Under the pieces are notes generated by a model, which was not told the origin of the DNA, did no database searches, and saw only the letters and a list, made by a program, of their open reading frames with translations. A program made the position numbers and the translations under genes. Of a stretch of 64,000 nucleotides of DNA, positions 30,378 to 43,769 are shown piece by piece. Source of the DNA: Paraspadella gotoi (lineage: Eukaryota; Animalia; Chaetognatha); the NCBI GenBank assembly GCA_051294375.1, contig CM119268.1:16293528-16357527 (forward strand), read 5' to 3'. Position 1 is the first letter of the stretch, and every line of letters starts with the position of its first letter.

Positions 30378-32725
30378 GGAAAGTTGATTATAGACGCTTT
30401 TACCGATCAAATGTCGGACGAAAATTACGCGATGCTTCTTGACTTGGAAGCCAGAAAAGTGGGCGGCATTCTAGCCTCTATCTCCGTGACCAACAATATT
30501 GGCGCCGTTTTCCAACCCGGTTACGCAGTCGTCCTTTTTTTGTTTCGATTGGACCGACGTGAAGTTGTTCACATGATGCAGGGAGTGGTTCCAGTGGTTC
30601 CTGGGTCGGGGGTTGACGGTTTCCTCTTAAACTTTACCGCGCTGGGTCGCTTTGAGAAATAGGAGAAATTGAGCTGGAAAGTCGAGAGCGTCAGTGTCAA
30701 ATTGTTCCTCGAATCTTGGCGATCGATTGATGTCGACAATCAGATCAAATCCGCGTCAATTCGGCCTCAATTCTTTTTCTCACGTTTTAATTTTTTTTTC
30801 TTCTTCAAAGTTCAAATCCGTCGTCACGTTCGTTACCTGCGAATCGCGACGACAAATCTCGGCGTCACATCTCGGCACAAAATCTCGGCTTCCGATTCCG
30901 GCTTCAAATCCCGGCGTCGCATCGTCTCCAATTTTTGGACGCGGCGTCGCCTGCGAGGCGCGGCGTCGTTTTTCTCGCCGCACTGGCACTGGCCCCGACG
31001 TCACGGCCAGGGTGCGACGATCACCCATTTCCTTATTGACGCCCTCATTTCAGCGTAACGACGAGTGCCACGCCCACAAAAAGCGCGCGACGTTGTGAAC
31101 GGTTGCTGGTATCGCCGGCGTCTTTCGCGTGCCAGGAATAAATGGGCGCGCGGGTGGTGGGGACAATAATGGACATGCGTGCTGTGAGAAAATGGAAACG
31201 CGCGCATAAACATAATGGAAGAACGTTAACTAAATATATTAACGCTCTTTCCAGGTTTAAAGACGTGACAATTTTTTTTAGAACCTTTCTCTTTCTTTTT
31301 ATTTCTTTTCTTCGTCGATAATTGTTTAATTATTTTTTGTTAGTTACTACTAGTCGATATTTTGTTATCAAAATTTATACAGTTTGACACCAAATCTAAC
31401 GGCTAAGTATTTCCTTTCTTCTCTTTTTCATTACCTTTCTTTCTCCTTTCCTTTCTCCTTTCCTCCTTCGTTTCTTGTCAGTAAACTTTCATTCCTTCCT
31501 CCTTTTCTCCCTTTCTTCCTTTTAATCGGTAAACTTTTTTTTCTCCTTTCTACTCTTCTCATTTCGTCCTTGCTTTCTTTTCTATTTATCTCATTACCTC
31601 CTTCCATTCTCCTCAGTTAACTTTTCTCCTTTCCCTGCCTTCCTTTTTCCTTTTTTCGCTCGCCTTCTTAAAACGCGACCTCTCCTTGTCCAACTCTTTT
31701 TTTTTTCACCGCGATCGCAGTTCGCGAGGTCATTATCGTTTATCCGCATCGTTACTCTTTATAAGGGAGAAACATTACCGGTGCTACTATGCCGTTACAA
31801 CTTTGATCCTTAAGATCTATATTTTGTTGTGAATGAGGGGATGTCTTTTAGTTTATTTACGAAATTTTGAAAATTGTTGTACCTCGTGGAAAAGTACTCT
31901 TTTCGAGTTTAAAAAAAAAAAATTAAATATAATTCAATTTTATAAATATTTTAAACAGACTGTACCGTGGTAAAGAACGGTTTTTTTACGATGAAACTAT
32001 GTTTAACGATTTTTTTTCTTTCAAACCCCGCGAAAGGGTTTCTACGGTAAAAACGGTTTGAGTCTCCTCGTAAAATATTGAGGATCTCGACGAAAAACTA
32101 TTTATTTTCAACCCGAGTTTCTTCCTCCCGCCGACCGAGAAATCTCTTCCGCCTCCAGCGGCGAAAAAAATCTTTCACTTTACTCTCAACATCCGGGGAG
32201 GCGTGGCTCATCCGGGGTTCCTTCAAAGCTCGCGCGCGAACGGACGCACGCGTCGTGTCATTTACGCGCACCATGATCGGCAGAGAGTCGCACTAGAATC
32301 ATATTAGTAGAAGATCCATGATTGTGAGCAAATGAAACTTTTTGGTCTTTCTTATTATCTCCGAATACATTTTCCAAAGAATCTGCGTTTGTCCCTGAAT
32401 CTCTCGCTCCTTTTCACTCTGTTTACTTCCATTTGTCTCTCACTCTCTCTCTCTCATTATTTGGCGTCTGCTCCGTGTGTACTTTGCTCTTCCTCTCTCC
32501 TTTCCATGTAATTCTTCAATCCGTGGGTTTTTTTTCTTTTCCTTTTTTTTCTACCTTCTCTACCTTCCTCTTTCTTTTCTCCCCTTTCCTCTTTTTCCTC
32601 CTCCCCTTTTCTCTTTTTCTCAACTATCTTTCTTTCTCCATTCGGGTCATTCTTCAACGTTTATCCTTCCCTTTTCCCCTCATTCTCTCCTCTTTTCCAA
32701 AACAACTCTTCTTCGCCCGGGAGAG

Positions 32726-32768
<43 letters not shown>

Positions 32769-32772
32769 CTCT

Positions 32773-32806
<34 letters not shown>

Positions 32807-33159
32807 GTGCCCTGCATTCTTGTCACTTCTCTCCGCCATCAACTTTTCTCCTTTTCTTTGCTCTCTGTCCGCTAACTTATCTTTTTTTTTTCTCTTCTTT
32901 GACTTTGAATATTAAATTCTAACTTCATTCTCTTTCCTTACTTCACAACCCACCCGACCCCCTACCCTACCCACTCTCTGCCTCCACGCCATTCTTCTCC
33001 GCCCCCACCTTGTCCTCACTTCATGCAGCGACGCGGCAATTCCAACTCTGGTTCAATTTGGTGACCTTTTGGATTCAAGTGTCGTGCCAGGGGGCCGAGG
33101 GAAGACCACCACCAAAAATAGAAGGGGAACCTTCCTAACTTCTTTTTTTTCGCGTCCGC

Positions 33160-33250
<91 letters not shown>

Positions 33251-33955
33251 TCCTTCCAGGGAATTCCGATTTCTATTCCTCTTTTTTTCCTCATTTTTTA
33301 CCCACTTTTTTTTTTCCTTTCTTTCTTTACCACTGTTTCTCTACGTCTTTCACCGTTAGATGCTCTTCTTTTTTTTATTTCTCTTCGGAATTTTCTTTGT
33401 TGTTCCTTTTTTTGTCTTTATCCTTCTCTGACAATGGCGCTCCCTCTTTTCGCCCTTTGGATGCTCTTTTGTTTTTATTTTTTAAAGTTAGACGAATGGC
33501 AGTCGTTTTCATTGGGATCTTGTCACTCTGAGCTTCTATTTAGCGACTACTAACTGGCAGTCGGTCCTTATATGAAAAAAGAACCCAAGTTTTTTTTCTC
33601 TCTGCTGTTGCAATGAGCCATTTGTGGAATAAAAAGTCCAATAAAACGGAACTCAAACCTCGACCCTTCCAAATAAAAGCTTCTAACGACGTTGATCCAG
33701 CTAATAAATGACTTAATTCGTTTTAGTCCATTCTTAGGATTTATTTTCTAGTCATTTCTAACTTTTTAAACGCTTCTAACATTTAAAGTTTGTAGTCCGG
33801 TGGAATGAACGGAATTTGAAAAAGAAGTAAATGAAAAAATAATTAAAACAAATCAAAATTAACAATAAGGAATTGAAATAACCCACTGATGAGTTCCGTG
33901 CTTAATAATAAGACTAAAAACCTTCAGTTTTTTTCTCGTTTCCACTTCCTCGTCC

Positions 33956-35375
33956 GCCATCCCTGATCTGTCCACTCACCACCCACCACCACAAACCACT
34001 CGCTACCCCTGATCTGTCCACTCACCACCCCACACCACAAACCACTCGCTACCCCTGATCTGTCCACATCTACCACCACCACCACAAAACCACTCGCCCC
34101 GACTCACCCACCACCATCCATGTACCTGTCTTCTACTCTCCACCCACCACCACAACCACTCGCTACCCCTGATCTGTCCACCACCACCCACCCCACAAAC
34201 CACTCGCTACCCCTGATCTGTCCACTCTCTCACCACCACACCACAAACCACTCGCTACCCCTGAACTGTCTAACTCTCCACCCACCACCATCACACCACT
34301 CGCTACGCCCTGATCTTCTACTCTCCACCCACCACCACTACAACCACTCGCTACCCTATCTGTCTTCCAAAACTGCTACCCATCTGTCCACCCCACCCAC
34401 CCCCAAAACCACTCGCGTACCCCCCTGTCTGTCCACTCTCCAACCCACCAACAAACCACTCGCTACCCCCTGATCTGTCTACTCTCCACCACACCACCAC
34501 AACACTCGCTACCCCCGCCTGATCTGTCTACTCTCCACCCACCACCACAAACCACTTCGCCTTACGCCCTCTGATCTGTCTACTCTCCACCCACCACCAA
34601 ACCACCCAGTCTAGTTATACCCCTGATCTGTCTAACTCTCCACCCACCCACCACAAACCACATCGCTACCCCTGATCTGTCTCTCTCCCACCCACCACCA
34701 CAAACCACTCGCTACCCCTGATCTGTCTCACTCTCCCCCACCACCAACAAACCACTCGCTACCCCTGATCTGTCACTTCTCCACCCACCACCACACAACC
34801 ACACTCGCTAACCACCTGATCTGGTCTACTTCCCCCACCACCACAAACACACATCGCTACCCTGATCTGTCTACTTCTCACCCACCACCACAAACCACTC
34901 GCTACCCCTGATCTGTCTACTCTCCACCCACCACCACAAACCACTCGCTACCCCTGATCTGTCTACTCTCCACCCACCACCTCCACAAACACTCGCTACC
35001 CCTGATCTGTCTACTCTCCACCCACCACCACAAACACTCGCTACCCACTGATCTGTCTACTCTCCACCCACCACCACAAACCACTCGCTACCCCTGATCT
35101 GTCTACTCTCCACCCACCACCACAAACCACTCGCTACCCCTGATCTGTCTACTCTCCACCCACCACCACAAACCACTCGCTACCCCTGATCTGTCTACTC
35201 TCCACCCACCACACAAACCTCACTCGCTACCCTCTGTTGATCTGTCTTCCACGACACCGTACTACTCTACCTCATGCTCTACCTCACCACTCAACAACCA
35301 CTCGCTACCCTGATCTGTCTACTCTCCACCCACCACCACAAACCACTCGCTACCCCTGATCTGTCCACTCTCCAC
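33956..35375. repeat. Minisatellite, 46-bp unit ccactcgctacccctgatctgtctactctccacccaccaccacaaa, roughly 30 copies
   Basis: Head-to-tail units with no unique spacers. Copies are clean around 34880-35200 and indel-rich elsewhere. Confidence 0.95.
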
Positions 35376-35925
35376 CAACCTCTTTTCTGTTTTCTCCCAC
35401 CATCGTTACCAGTTTCGAACCAAAGGAAGAGAAGGAAATTCAAAATGGAAGAAAGAGGAAGGAAAAGACTTTTAAATTTTTATGTAGGAGGTGGAAAAAA
35501 AATTCTGTCACTCGGAACAGATCCGAGCAGCTGAACGGAGGTTCTCTTTGATAACATATATTATATAGTGGATATATATATTATATAATAAGAAAGAAAG
35601 CAGAAACTTTGACGAAATGTTTGATCCTTATTCCAACCCGGTCGTTCTCAAAGTGATTCATAAATACCAACTTCATCGCAATTCTACCAGATTCACTCCA
35701 CTCCTGTGAAAATGATTCACTTTTCTCACTTCCGCTGACCTCCACTCACTCCCACTCAACTACGCCAAGACTTTTTACCCCTTTAGCTTTTTGTTTACCG
35801 AAGATTTTTCTCTCGTTTGTCTGACAAAAACAAATATTTCATTATCCGCATTTTCTTTTCCGGGTTTCGAACATGAAATGATAAAATCACGTTTACCTAG
35901 CAATTAAATCAATTAAATATGTTAC

Positions 35926-36056
35926 CTACATTTCAATTTTTATAGAACATGACTTTTTAGACCGAAATTGAACTCTATATTCATTGTATTGGAAACAGAC
36001 ATAAACCTGTCCTATATACAACTCCGTATAATTTTCCACCGTCAGGGTTCAAAAAC
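35926..36056 (-). other. Putative exon 4 of the Ig gene (TLTVENYTELYIGQVYVCFQ...), out of frame by 1 nt as assembled
   Basis: L.V.N.......G..Y.C resembles the Ig E-F strands. Against it: an in-frame TGA at 36049-36051 and a purine-rich sequence upstream of the nearest AG. Confidence 0.35.
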
Positions 36057-36188
36057 CTCTCTATCTCTCTCTCTTTCTCTCTCTCTCTCTNNNNNNNNNN
36101 NNNNNNNNNNNNNNNNNNNNNNNNNNNNNNNNNNNNNNNNNNNNNNNNNNNNNNNNNNNNNNNNNNNNNNNNNNNNNNNNNNNNNNNN

Positions 36189-36221
<33 letters not shown>

Positions 36222-36383
36222 CCAAAAGGTTTTTCCTCATTTTTCACCAAATCCTTTCCATTTCTTCCTGTGATTCTCTCGCCTTCACGACATCACATTC
36301 TTTCACAAAGGGTCATTTCCGACAAAACGAAAAGAGAAGAGGGAAAAATCCGACGCGATATCCGGTCACACGTGCTCCGCCTC

Positions 36384-36419
<36 letters not shown>

Positions 36420-36834
36420 NNNNNNNNNNNNNNNNNNNNNNNNNNNNNNNNNNNNNNNNNNNNNNNNNNNNNNNNNNNNNNNNNNNNNNNNNNNNNNNNN
36501 NNNNNNNNNNNNNNNNNNNNNNNNNNNNNNNNNNNNNNNNNNNNNNNNNNNNNNNNNNNNNNNNNNNNNNNNNNNNNNNNNNNNNNNNNNNNNNNNNNNN
36601 NNNNNNNNNNNNNNNNNNNNNNNNNNNNNTTTTTTTTGCCCGATCGCATTTGCATGAAAGGATAATTCGAGTGCTCAATATCGTTCGGCCAATAAATTGA
36701 TGGTGATTAGAACAACGACGCTGGCGACGATGATAAGAATCGTTACGATCATGATGTTGATGGTTAAAATGAGTTAAATTAATTTGTAGTATTCTCTCTG
36801 TGTCTCTCAATGTTTTTCTTTCTCACTCACTCAC

Positions 36835-36869
<35 letters not shown>

Positions 36870-36940
36870 CACCCATTTTCACAGCTCAGTCCATCCGGTA
36901 AATATAGTAAATATAGACACAAAACTTTCTTAGTACTCAC

Positions 36941-37057
36941 CTATACATGTCGTCGTCCTTCATGAATCCGTATTTCCCCAAGTCCACCGTTTTGTCGTAA
37001 GGAAGTCCCCCAAATGACAAGACTTTGTTCCCGGTGGCCAGAACCCAAATCGCTGGC
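36941..37057 (-). CDS. Ig-superfamily gene, exon 3 (PAIWVLATGNKVLSFGGLPYDKTVDLGKYGFMKDDDMY)
   Basis: Acceptor cctgacctttctcttttaag, donor AG|GTGAGT. The phase 2 to 2 frame is the only stop-free one, and it places the C-strand Trp 8 residues after the B-strand Cys. Confidence 0.7.
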   Translation of the reverse strand, partial: ASDLGSGHREQSLVIWGTSLRQNGGLGEIRIHEGRRHV

Positions 37058-37148
37058 CTTAAAAGAGAAAGGTCAGGCAATTGCAGAGATTTTTGTGGTT
37101 GACCTCCTTGTCGTAGGTAATCATTGAAGAATGAAGAAAGAAATAAAA

Positions 37149-37241
<93 letters not shown>

Positions 37242-37652
37242 AAAAAGGAAATACAATAAAACTAAAGCCTCTCCTTGTCTCACTTCAAATCATCGTCACT
37301 GCACATCTCATCGCGAAATACAAATTGAAAGAAAATAAACTTCAAGCGTCAAGAAAGTTAATTTGATTTCTACTTCAACATCGTCGTCCTCAACGTCGTT
37401 GTAGCAATCGTTGTCATTTTCTTTTTATATCGAACTTCGAGTAAAAAAAAAAAATACATTAACGGTCCTCCGCAGTTTAAGCCCAGAAACCCATTTTTTT
37501 CTCACACGATTTTCCCATTTTCGAATTAATCGAGAGCTCCTACATATTTTTTCTTCCTACAAATGGACACACCCCAAAACCCATTGGCACCCAAGAAAAA
37601 GAATTCGCCCTTCCAGCTCCGGGTCTTCTCGCCCCCTCTCCCCCCCCCCGAC

Positions 37653-37733
37653 CTGGGAGTGAAGCAATCGAAATGAATGGTGGCGCCCTCCGGCGCCGCA
37701 GCGTACACTGTGTTGTCGACTTCTTCGCTGAGG
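37653..37733 (-). CDS. Ig-superfamily gene, exon 2 (LSEEVDNTVYAAAPEGATIHFDCFTP)
   Basis: Acceptor ccccttcactccag, donor AG|GTCGGG, phase 2 to 2. EG.T..F.C fits the Ig A'-B strand pattern. Confidence 0.65.
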
Positions 37734-38517
37734 CTGGAGTGAAGGGGATGATGCGGGAGAGGGTTTGATGTAGAAAAGACGGCGTGATGGTGCGGCGNNN
37801 NNNNNNNNNNNNNNNNNNNNNNNNNNNNNNNNNNNNNNNNNNNNNNNNNNNNNNNNNNNNNNNNNNNNNNNNNNNNNNNNNNNNNNNNNNNNNNNNNNNN
37901 NNNNNNNNNNNNNNNNNNNNAAAAAAAGGGATGAGAAATCGGGGATCGAGATAATTTTTGAATTCTACCATTCTCTTGCGTTAAGTTAGTTTAGAATCAT
38001 CAATCAGGAATCGTCTTAAAAAGTAAGTATAAAAAACTCTCAATGACAGACTATAAAAAGAAAATATTATCAATTAAACCAATTTTAAACGTTCGTTTGT
38101 GAATATCTAAGTCTTAAGTCTGCTTCGCTCTAATAGAGACGCCGAAGAAAAAGAGCGAAAAGCTTTGAACGACGGAGAAAATATATATACTATGCGAAAA
38201 TGTCAACGGCCACACTTTTTTACCCGTGGGAGTGGAAAAAGAAAGAAAGAAGAAAAAAGTCTAGTGAGAGAGAGAGAGAAAGAAAAAAGTATATAATGGC
38301 GAATGGAAGGAGGAAAAAAGGGGAAAAATGGGAAGAAATAAGGAAAAAAGGAAAAAAAACGCGGTGCAGATTTATTCTTGAGAGAATTCCCTAAAAGGTC
38401 CGCGAGATTCCCGGTGCTAAAATCCGAGGATTAACTTTCTTTTAGCAACAAAAGGAGAGAGACCTATTTCTCTTTTTTTGGGGGGAAGAGGAGGGGAGGG
38501 AGTAAGGTGAAAGAGGA

Positions 38518-38612
<95 letters not shown>
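38518..38612. repeat. (GATA)n microsatellite
   Basis: Directly visible. Confidence 0.98.
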
Positions 38613-38614
<2 letters not shown>

Positions 38615-39822
38615 TAGATATATAAAATTTATAGGGAGACAGATAGGCAAATGGAAAGAAAGATAAAAAGAGAGGCAAACAAAGATAGGGAGAGTGAGAC
38701 GCGAGACATTTTAATTAAAGGGAAGTGGATAAAATTTGAACCTCGGGAAAATAGAAGTAGAAACAGATAAAACGTGAGAGACAGAAAGACAAATAAAGGG
38801 AACTATAAAAAGATTAAGAAACGAGAGAGGAAAAGNNNNNNNNNNNNNNNNNNNNNNNNNNNNNNNNNNNNNNNNNNNNNNNNNNNNNNNNNNNNNNNNN
38901 NNNNNNNNNNNNNNNNNNNNNNNNNNNNNNNNNNNNNNNNNNNNNNNNNNNNNNNNNNNNNNNNNNNNNNNNNNNNNNNNNNNNNNNNNNNNNNNNNNNN
39001 NNNNNNNNNNNNNNNNNNNNNNNNNNNNNNNNNNNNNNNNNNNNNNNNNNNNNNNNNNNNNNNNNNNNNNNNNNNNNNNNNNNNNNNNNNNNNNNNNNNN
39101 NNNNNNNNNNNNNNNNNNNNNNNNNNNNNNNNNNNNNNNNNNGAGAGAGAGAGAGAGAGAGAGTAACATAATGTAGGTACAAAATCTCTATTGTCGTCGC
39201 AAACTCTCGCCTCAAAAGTAACCATTCTTAATGAGCCTTCACAACTTACGTACTTAGTTTAATTTTCGTATGTTTGAATTTATTCCTTATTTGATGATTC
39301 ATTTTCTAATTTATTTCCTCGTTCTAGTTCAATAACTAACTAATTTTCCATTCCACTTCCCGGGTATATTTCTGATTTCTTTTTTTTTTTCCCTACTTTT
39401 TCTTTCAACTTAAACGTTAATTTTACCCTTCATTTTCCATTAATATTCCCATTTTTAAACTTATACCCGAGTCCCAGTGCTCTACAGACTCCGCCACAGA
39501 AAAATAAGAAAATTTATATGATGGATGAAAAGGGGGAAAAAAAGAGGAGAAAGACGATAAATGGGAATTGAACAAAGAGAAATAAAATGGGACACAAAGT
39601 AAGAAAGGAAAGTATAAAGGGAAGACAATAAAAAAAGGGGAAATAACGAGAAAAAATAAAGGAAAAAAAAAAGGAGAATGTAGAAATTATAAGAAAGATA
39701 GATTACTAAAAAGATGATAACTAACAGCGAACGAATTGACTTCAGTTAACGATCGTTCTTTGCCACAGTCACTATTCTCAGCACCGTGCGGGCGCCGCTT
39801 TATTCCATTCGCGCCGACTTAC

Positions 39823-39983
39823 CCGCTCACGGCGCCGCCCGTCATCAACGCCGCCGCCGTCGCCGCGAAGAGTAGGACGACTCCCCGGAAGGAGGTCGCC
39901 GACGAGACCGAGACGCGGCGGCGCCGGTCTCGATGAGAAGCAGACGCCGGACGAAGCTCGTCGATGCCGAGACGAGACGTCAT
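39823..39983 (-). CDS. Ig-superfamily gene, exon 1 (signal-peptide exon ending ...FRGVVLLFAATAAALMTGGAVSG). An alternative in-frame ATG lies at 40142
   Basis: The hydrophobic stretch ends exactly at a consensus donor GG|GTAAGT, phase 2, which matches the next exon. Confidence 0.6.
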
Positions 39984-40218
39984 TTCACCGACGGGTGAAA
40001 TTGTGTCGCCAAGTTGTGAAGTGATGACGACGACGGAAGATGTCGCGTCGATTAATGTAAGGAATGACGCCGAAACTAGGCGCCGCGCCGGCGTTAGAGA
40101 TTCCAGGCGACGACAATTTCCGATTCGCCGTCTGGTCGCCATGACGACGCGTCTGATCCCCCAATTCCGAGGAGAAGATAGAGAGGGACTTAATTCTGCG
40201 TGGCTACCATCGAGAGAG

Positions 40219-40319
<101 letters not shown>

Positions 40320-40610
40320 TCAACAACAGAGAAAAGAGGACAAAAGCAAAAGAAAGACCCTCTCTCTCTCTCTGTGTGAGCCAGAAGATTTTCTCCTTAG
40401 CAACGGCGAGAAATTTCCTTAGCGACGACGAAGCGATTTCTTCCCGGCAACGGTTGCCAAGTAAGAGACGCGTTACCAAGGAAACGACGCGCTACCGAGA
40501 AAGAGAAAGGGTCACGACTCGCGGCCAAAAAGACGGAGGGAAATTCGTGCCTTTTGTCATCTTCGCCGAGAAGCCAAAACGCTTTTTTGGTTGGCCGTGT
40601 GGGGTTAGTC

Positions 40611-41390
40611 AATGCACGACGAACGCGTCTGATCGCGCCCGATAAGTTTTGATCTGCCGAGTGTCAGAAGGTATAGCAGAGGGACTTGAGATGTCCTGGG
40701 CGCGGAATCCGAGAGTTAGACGGAGAGAGAGGAGAGAGTAGAGATGAGATAGAGAAGGAGAAGGAGAGTGAGGAAGAGTAGGAGTAGAGGTAATTAGAGA
40801 GAGAGAGAAAGGAGAGAGGAGAGAGGAGGAGATGAGAAGAAGAGAGAGAGAGAGAGTAGGAGAGAGAGTAGACGAGAGAGATGAGAGGTGGCGTCAACAG
40901 GATTGCGCGGGCATACAGAGAAAAGTTAGAGGTGATACCAAAGATGGCAAGAGAGAATCGAGACGCCCTCTCTCGTACTCTCCTGTGTTGTAGGCACATT
41001 GAAGATTTTCTGGCGCCTGTATACATAAAGCATTCGATGAGGCGAGATAATTTCCTGTGAGGGCTGACGTACGTGAAGACGATTTGCTTAATTCGCGTGC
41101 AAAACGGTTGAAACCAGGTGAAAGATAGGATCGTGTTTACCACGCAGTGAGATTAACACTTAGTAAAAACTATTCGCACATGAGTCGTAAAATCGTTTAC
41201 CGGAAAGAGAAAGGATGTCACCTCGTGATCTCGTCGCTAGGCGGCGCCGCACGAAATTCAGTTATGCGGTAGGGAATCACTATTTACTTGCTGTGCTCTT
41301 TGTGTGCATCTTCTTCGTCGCTGAGTAAGCCCAAAACTCGGCTCTTTTTTGGTTGGCCGTTGGGGGAGTAGCGGGGTAAGCAAACGGGGG
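40611..41390 (+). repeat. Insertion-riddled direct duplicate of 40141-40604 (probable uncorrected long read)
   Basis: Collinear anchors acgcgtctgatc, agagggactt, gaagattttct, gaaagagaaagg and tttttggttggccgt. The noisy sequence continues to the 25-N gap at 41940-41964. Confidence 0.8.
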
Positions 41391-41964
41391 TAGTCGTGGG
41401 CGGGGGAGTGTATTAAAAAATCATATTCAGGTTGTCGGTTTCGGAATTCAATGAAAGGTCTGTTATAGTCTACTTAATCTTCGAGGGGGGGAGGGAAGAA
41501 TGAAATATGTCAGGATAATGTTTGACTCGTAGGCGCTGTTGGGAGTGATGAGGGTAGTCCGAGGCAGCTCCCGATCTAGTGAATGGTTTTGGTGTGGTGC
41601 TGTCGAGGGTGCTGCGTTATGATGCGTCTATCGTAAGGCTCGCCTTGCGTATGTTGTCCTGTAGATGTAAGAGAGTGTCGTCTGCTATCATTTCGTTTCC
41701 GTCTCTATTTTCGGTTCGTTCAAGGATTGCGTTTTCGTTTTTTTCTGTTAAATCTGTAATGAGTACGCGTTTTACGGTCGAGCACGAACTTTTCTTTATG
41801 GCCATTTATTCGTATCGACCTCGTGAATATGTATACAGATCATCGTAATTAAAAGTTCGCTCTGGTTCGTAGCCGTCGCGCGTCGTGAGGATTTTGTCGG
41901 GAAGTTCGGTCGTTCGTTCGGAGTCTCGTTCTCGTCGGTNNNNNNNNNNNNNNNNNNNNNNNNN

Positions 41965-42002
<38 letters not shown>

Positions 42003-42409
42003 ATCGAAAGAGTTTTTGTTTTATTCGATATTATTATTTTTTGATTTGTTTCTATTTTTTTCTTGCAACATCGATTTTTGAAAAGGATTTTTTTTTTTTC
42101 GTTTTTATTTTTGTTTTCGTCGTCGCTGTCGTCGTCGTCCTTTTTTTTTCAAATATCGAGCGACAACGAAATTTTCGATCAAATCCTGAGGATAAAAAAA
42201 AAGAAGATTTGAGTTTGCAAGTCGTCGTCGTCATCGTCGTCATCATACTCATTGTTTCTTTACTTTTGTCATTTCCGTCGCGTTATGAAAGATTGGTATG
42301 TAACGAACAATTGTTAACAAAACCTCATTTCACTTATGGTATTTTTTCTCTTTCTTTCTGTCGATCTGGGCGAAGCTTCATAGTCCATCAAAGTCGTCTT
42401 TTGTACACA

Positions 42410-42476
<67 letters not shown>

Positions 42477-43733
42477 GAAATCACACACGTCGTAAACTGG
42501 AAGGATAGGGAATGAAATCGGGCGAGTGTGAGATGAGATGAAGAGTAGCTGTTGTTGTTGTTGTTGTTGTTTTCATTATTTTCCTTTTTTCGAGATCCAG
42601 TGCCTTTCAGCCAAAAATGCAACGATTGGTAAGTATGTAAGGACAATTGTATTATTCAAACAAATTTGTATTTTGGTGTAAGGACAACGCATGCAAAGGT
42701 TATTTAATGTTTAAATAGAGATTCTTTGTGGGTATTTGTAATTGAGCTGCCTTGAAAAATGATTCCGCTATGTGAATTGAAATATTGACAAAAATTAAAC
42801 GCTCTAGTAATACCCACAAAGACTCTCTTTTAAATTTGTATTTTCTTTTTTGAATTACAATATCGTAGTATTTAATTCGTTGCTGGGAAAGGCGACAAGG
42901 CTCTTTTTTCCGAGAGAGGCGTCCTCGCCCTTTTTTCCTAGCATGCTTTTTCTTTTTGGGACGTTTGTTGTGTGGGATTTAAATTATAAACACGATTAAA
43001 ATCGAAAAGACAAATTTTGAAATTTTACCAAACTTCTACTGTAGATCAATTCAGATTTGAATGTGGGACTGAGTTTTTTTCGGCTCCACGATCTCTATCC
43101 ATTTTAGGAGTATTTATTTAATTTTAAAAACATTTTTTGCTATTTCAATGTTAATGTTACTTTTGATCAAGGTTGATACGTAATTCGTGGGTAGTTAAAT
43201 ATTCTTTTGTACTTATTATAATCCGACAAGAAGTGACTGTATGTAACTTGCATTCAAGATACACCTTTTTTTCGCGCGTTCTTTTTCGGCCAGTCGGACA
43301 AAAGGGCAAACGGCCTCGAGGTCGCAACGCCGGATATTTTCAGCATCATCGTCGGAGCGTGAACTCATCCCCCCCCCGCCACCCCCCCACGCCCACGCGC
43401 CACCTTTCGAAGCCACTTTCTTTCTCTCTCTCCTCGCCAGCTCCCCTTTCCCAGGAATTCTAGCTGAGCCAGCGAAACCCATCTTCGCATCACCGTGAAA
43501 CTCGCGTCCGCGTGAGAACCCAAGACGCCATCTCACATTTTCTTACAGATTTCTTTTTTTTTTTTTCGATGGTTTTTTCTCACTCTTTTGTTTCTCTTGT
43601 TCAATATCTTTGTCTTTGATATTTTTAATTCAATTATAATTATTATAATATTTCCTCTCTTATCTTCCGTCTTCTTTCATTTTCTTCTCTCCATCTTCTT
43701 CATCATCTTTCATTTATTTTAAACTGCATCTCT

Positions 43734-43769
<36 letters not shown>

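Noticed and set aside
33956-35375. CRISPR-like regular array
   Set aside because: Contiguous tandem units with no unique spacers, no cas genes and a eukaryotic context.
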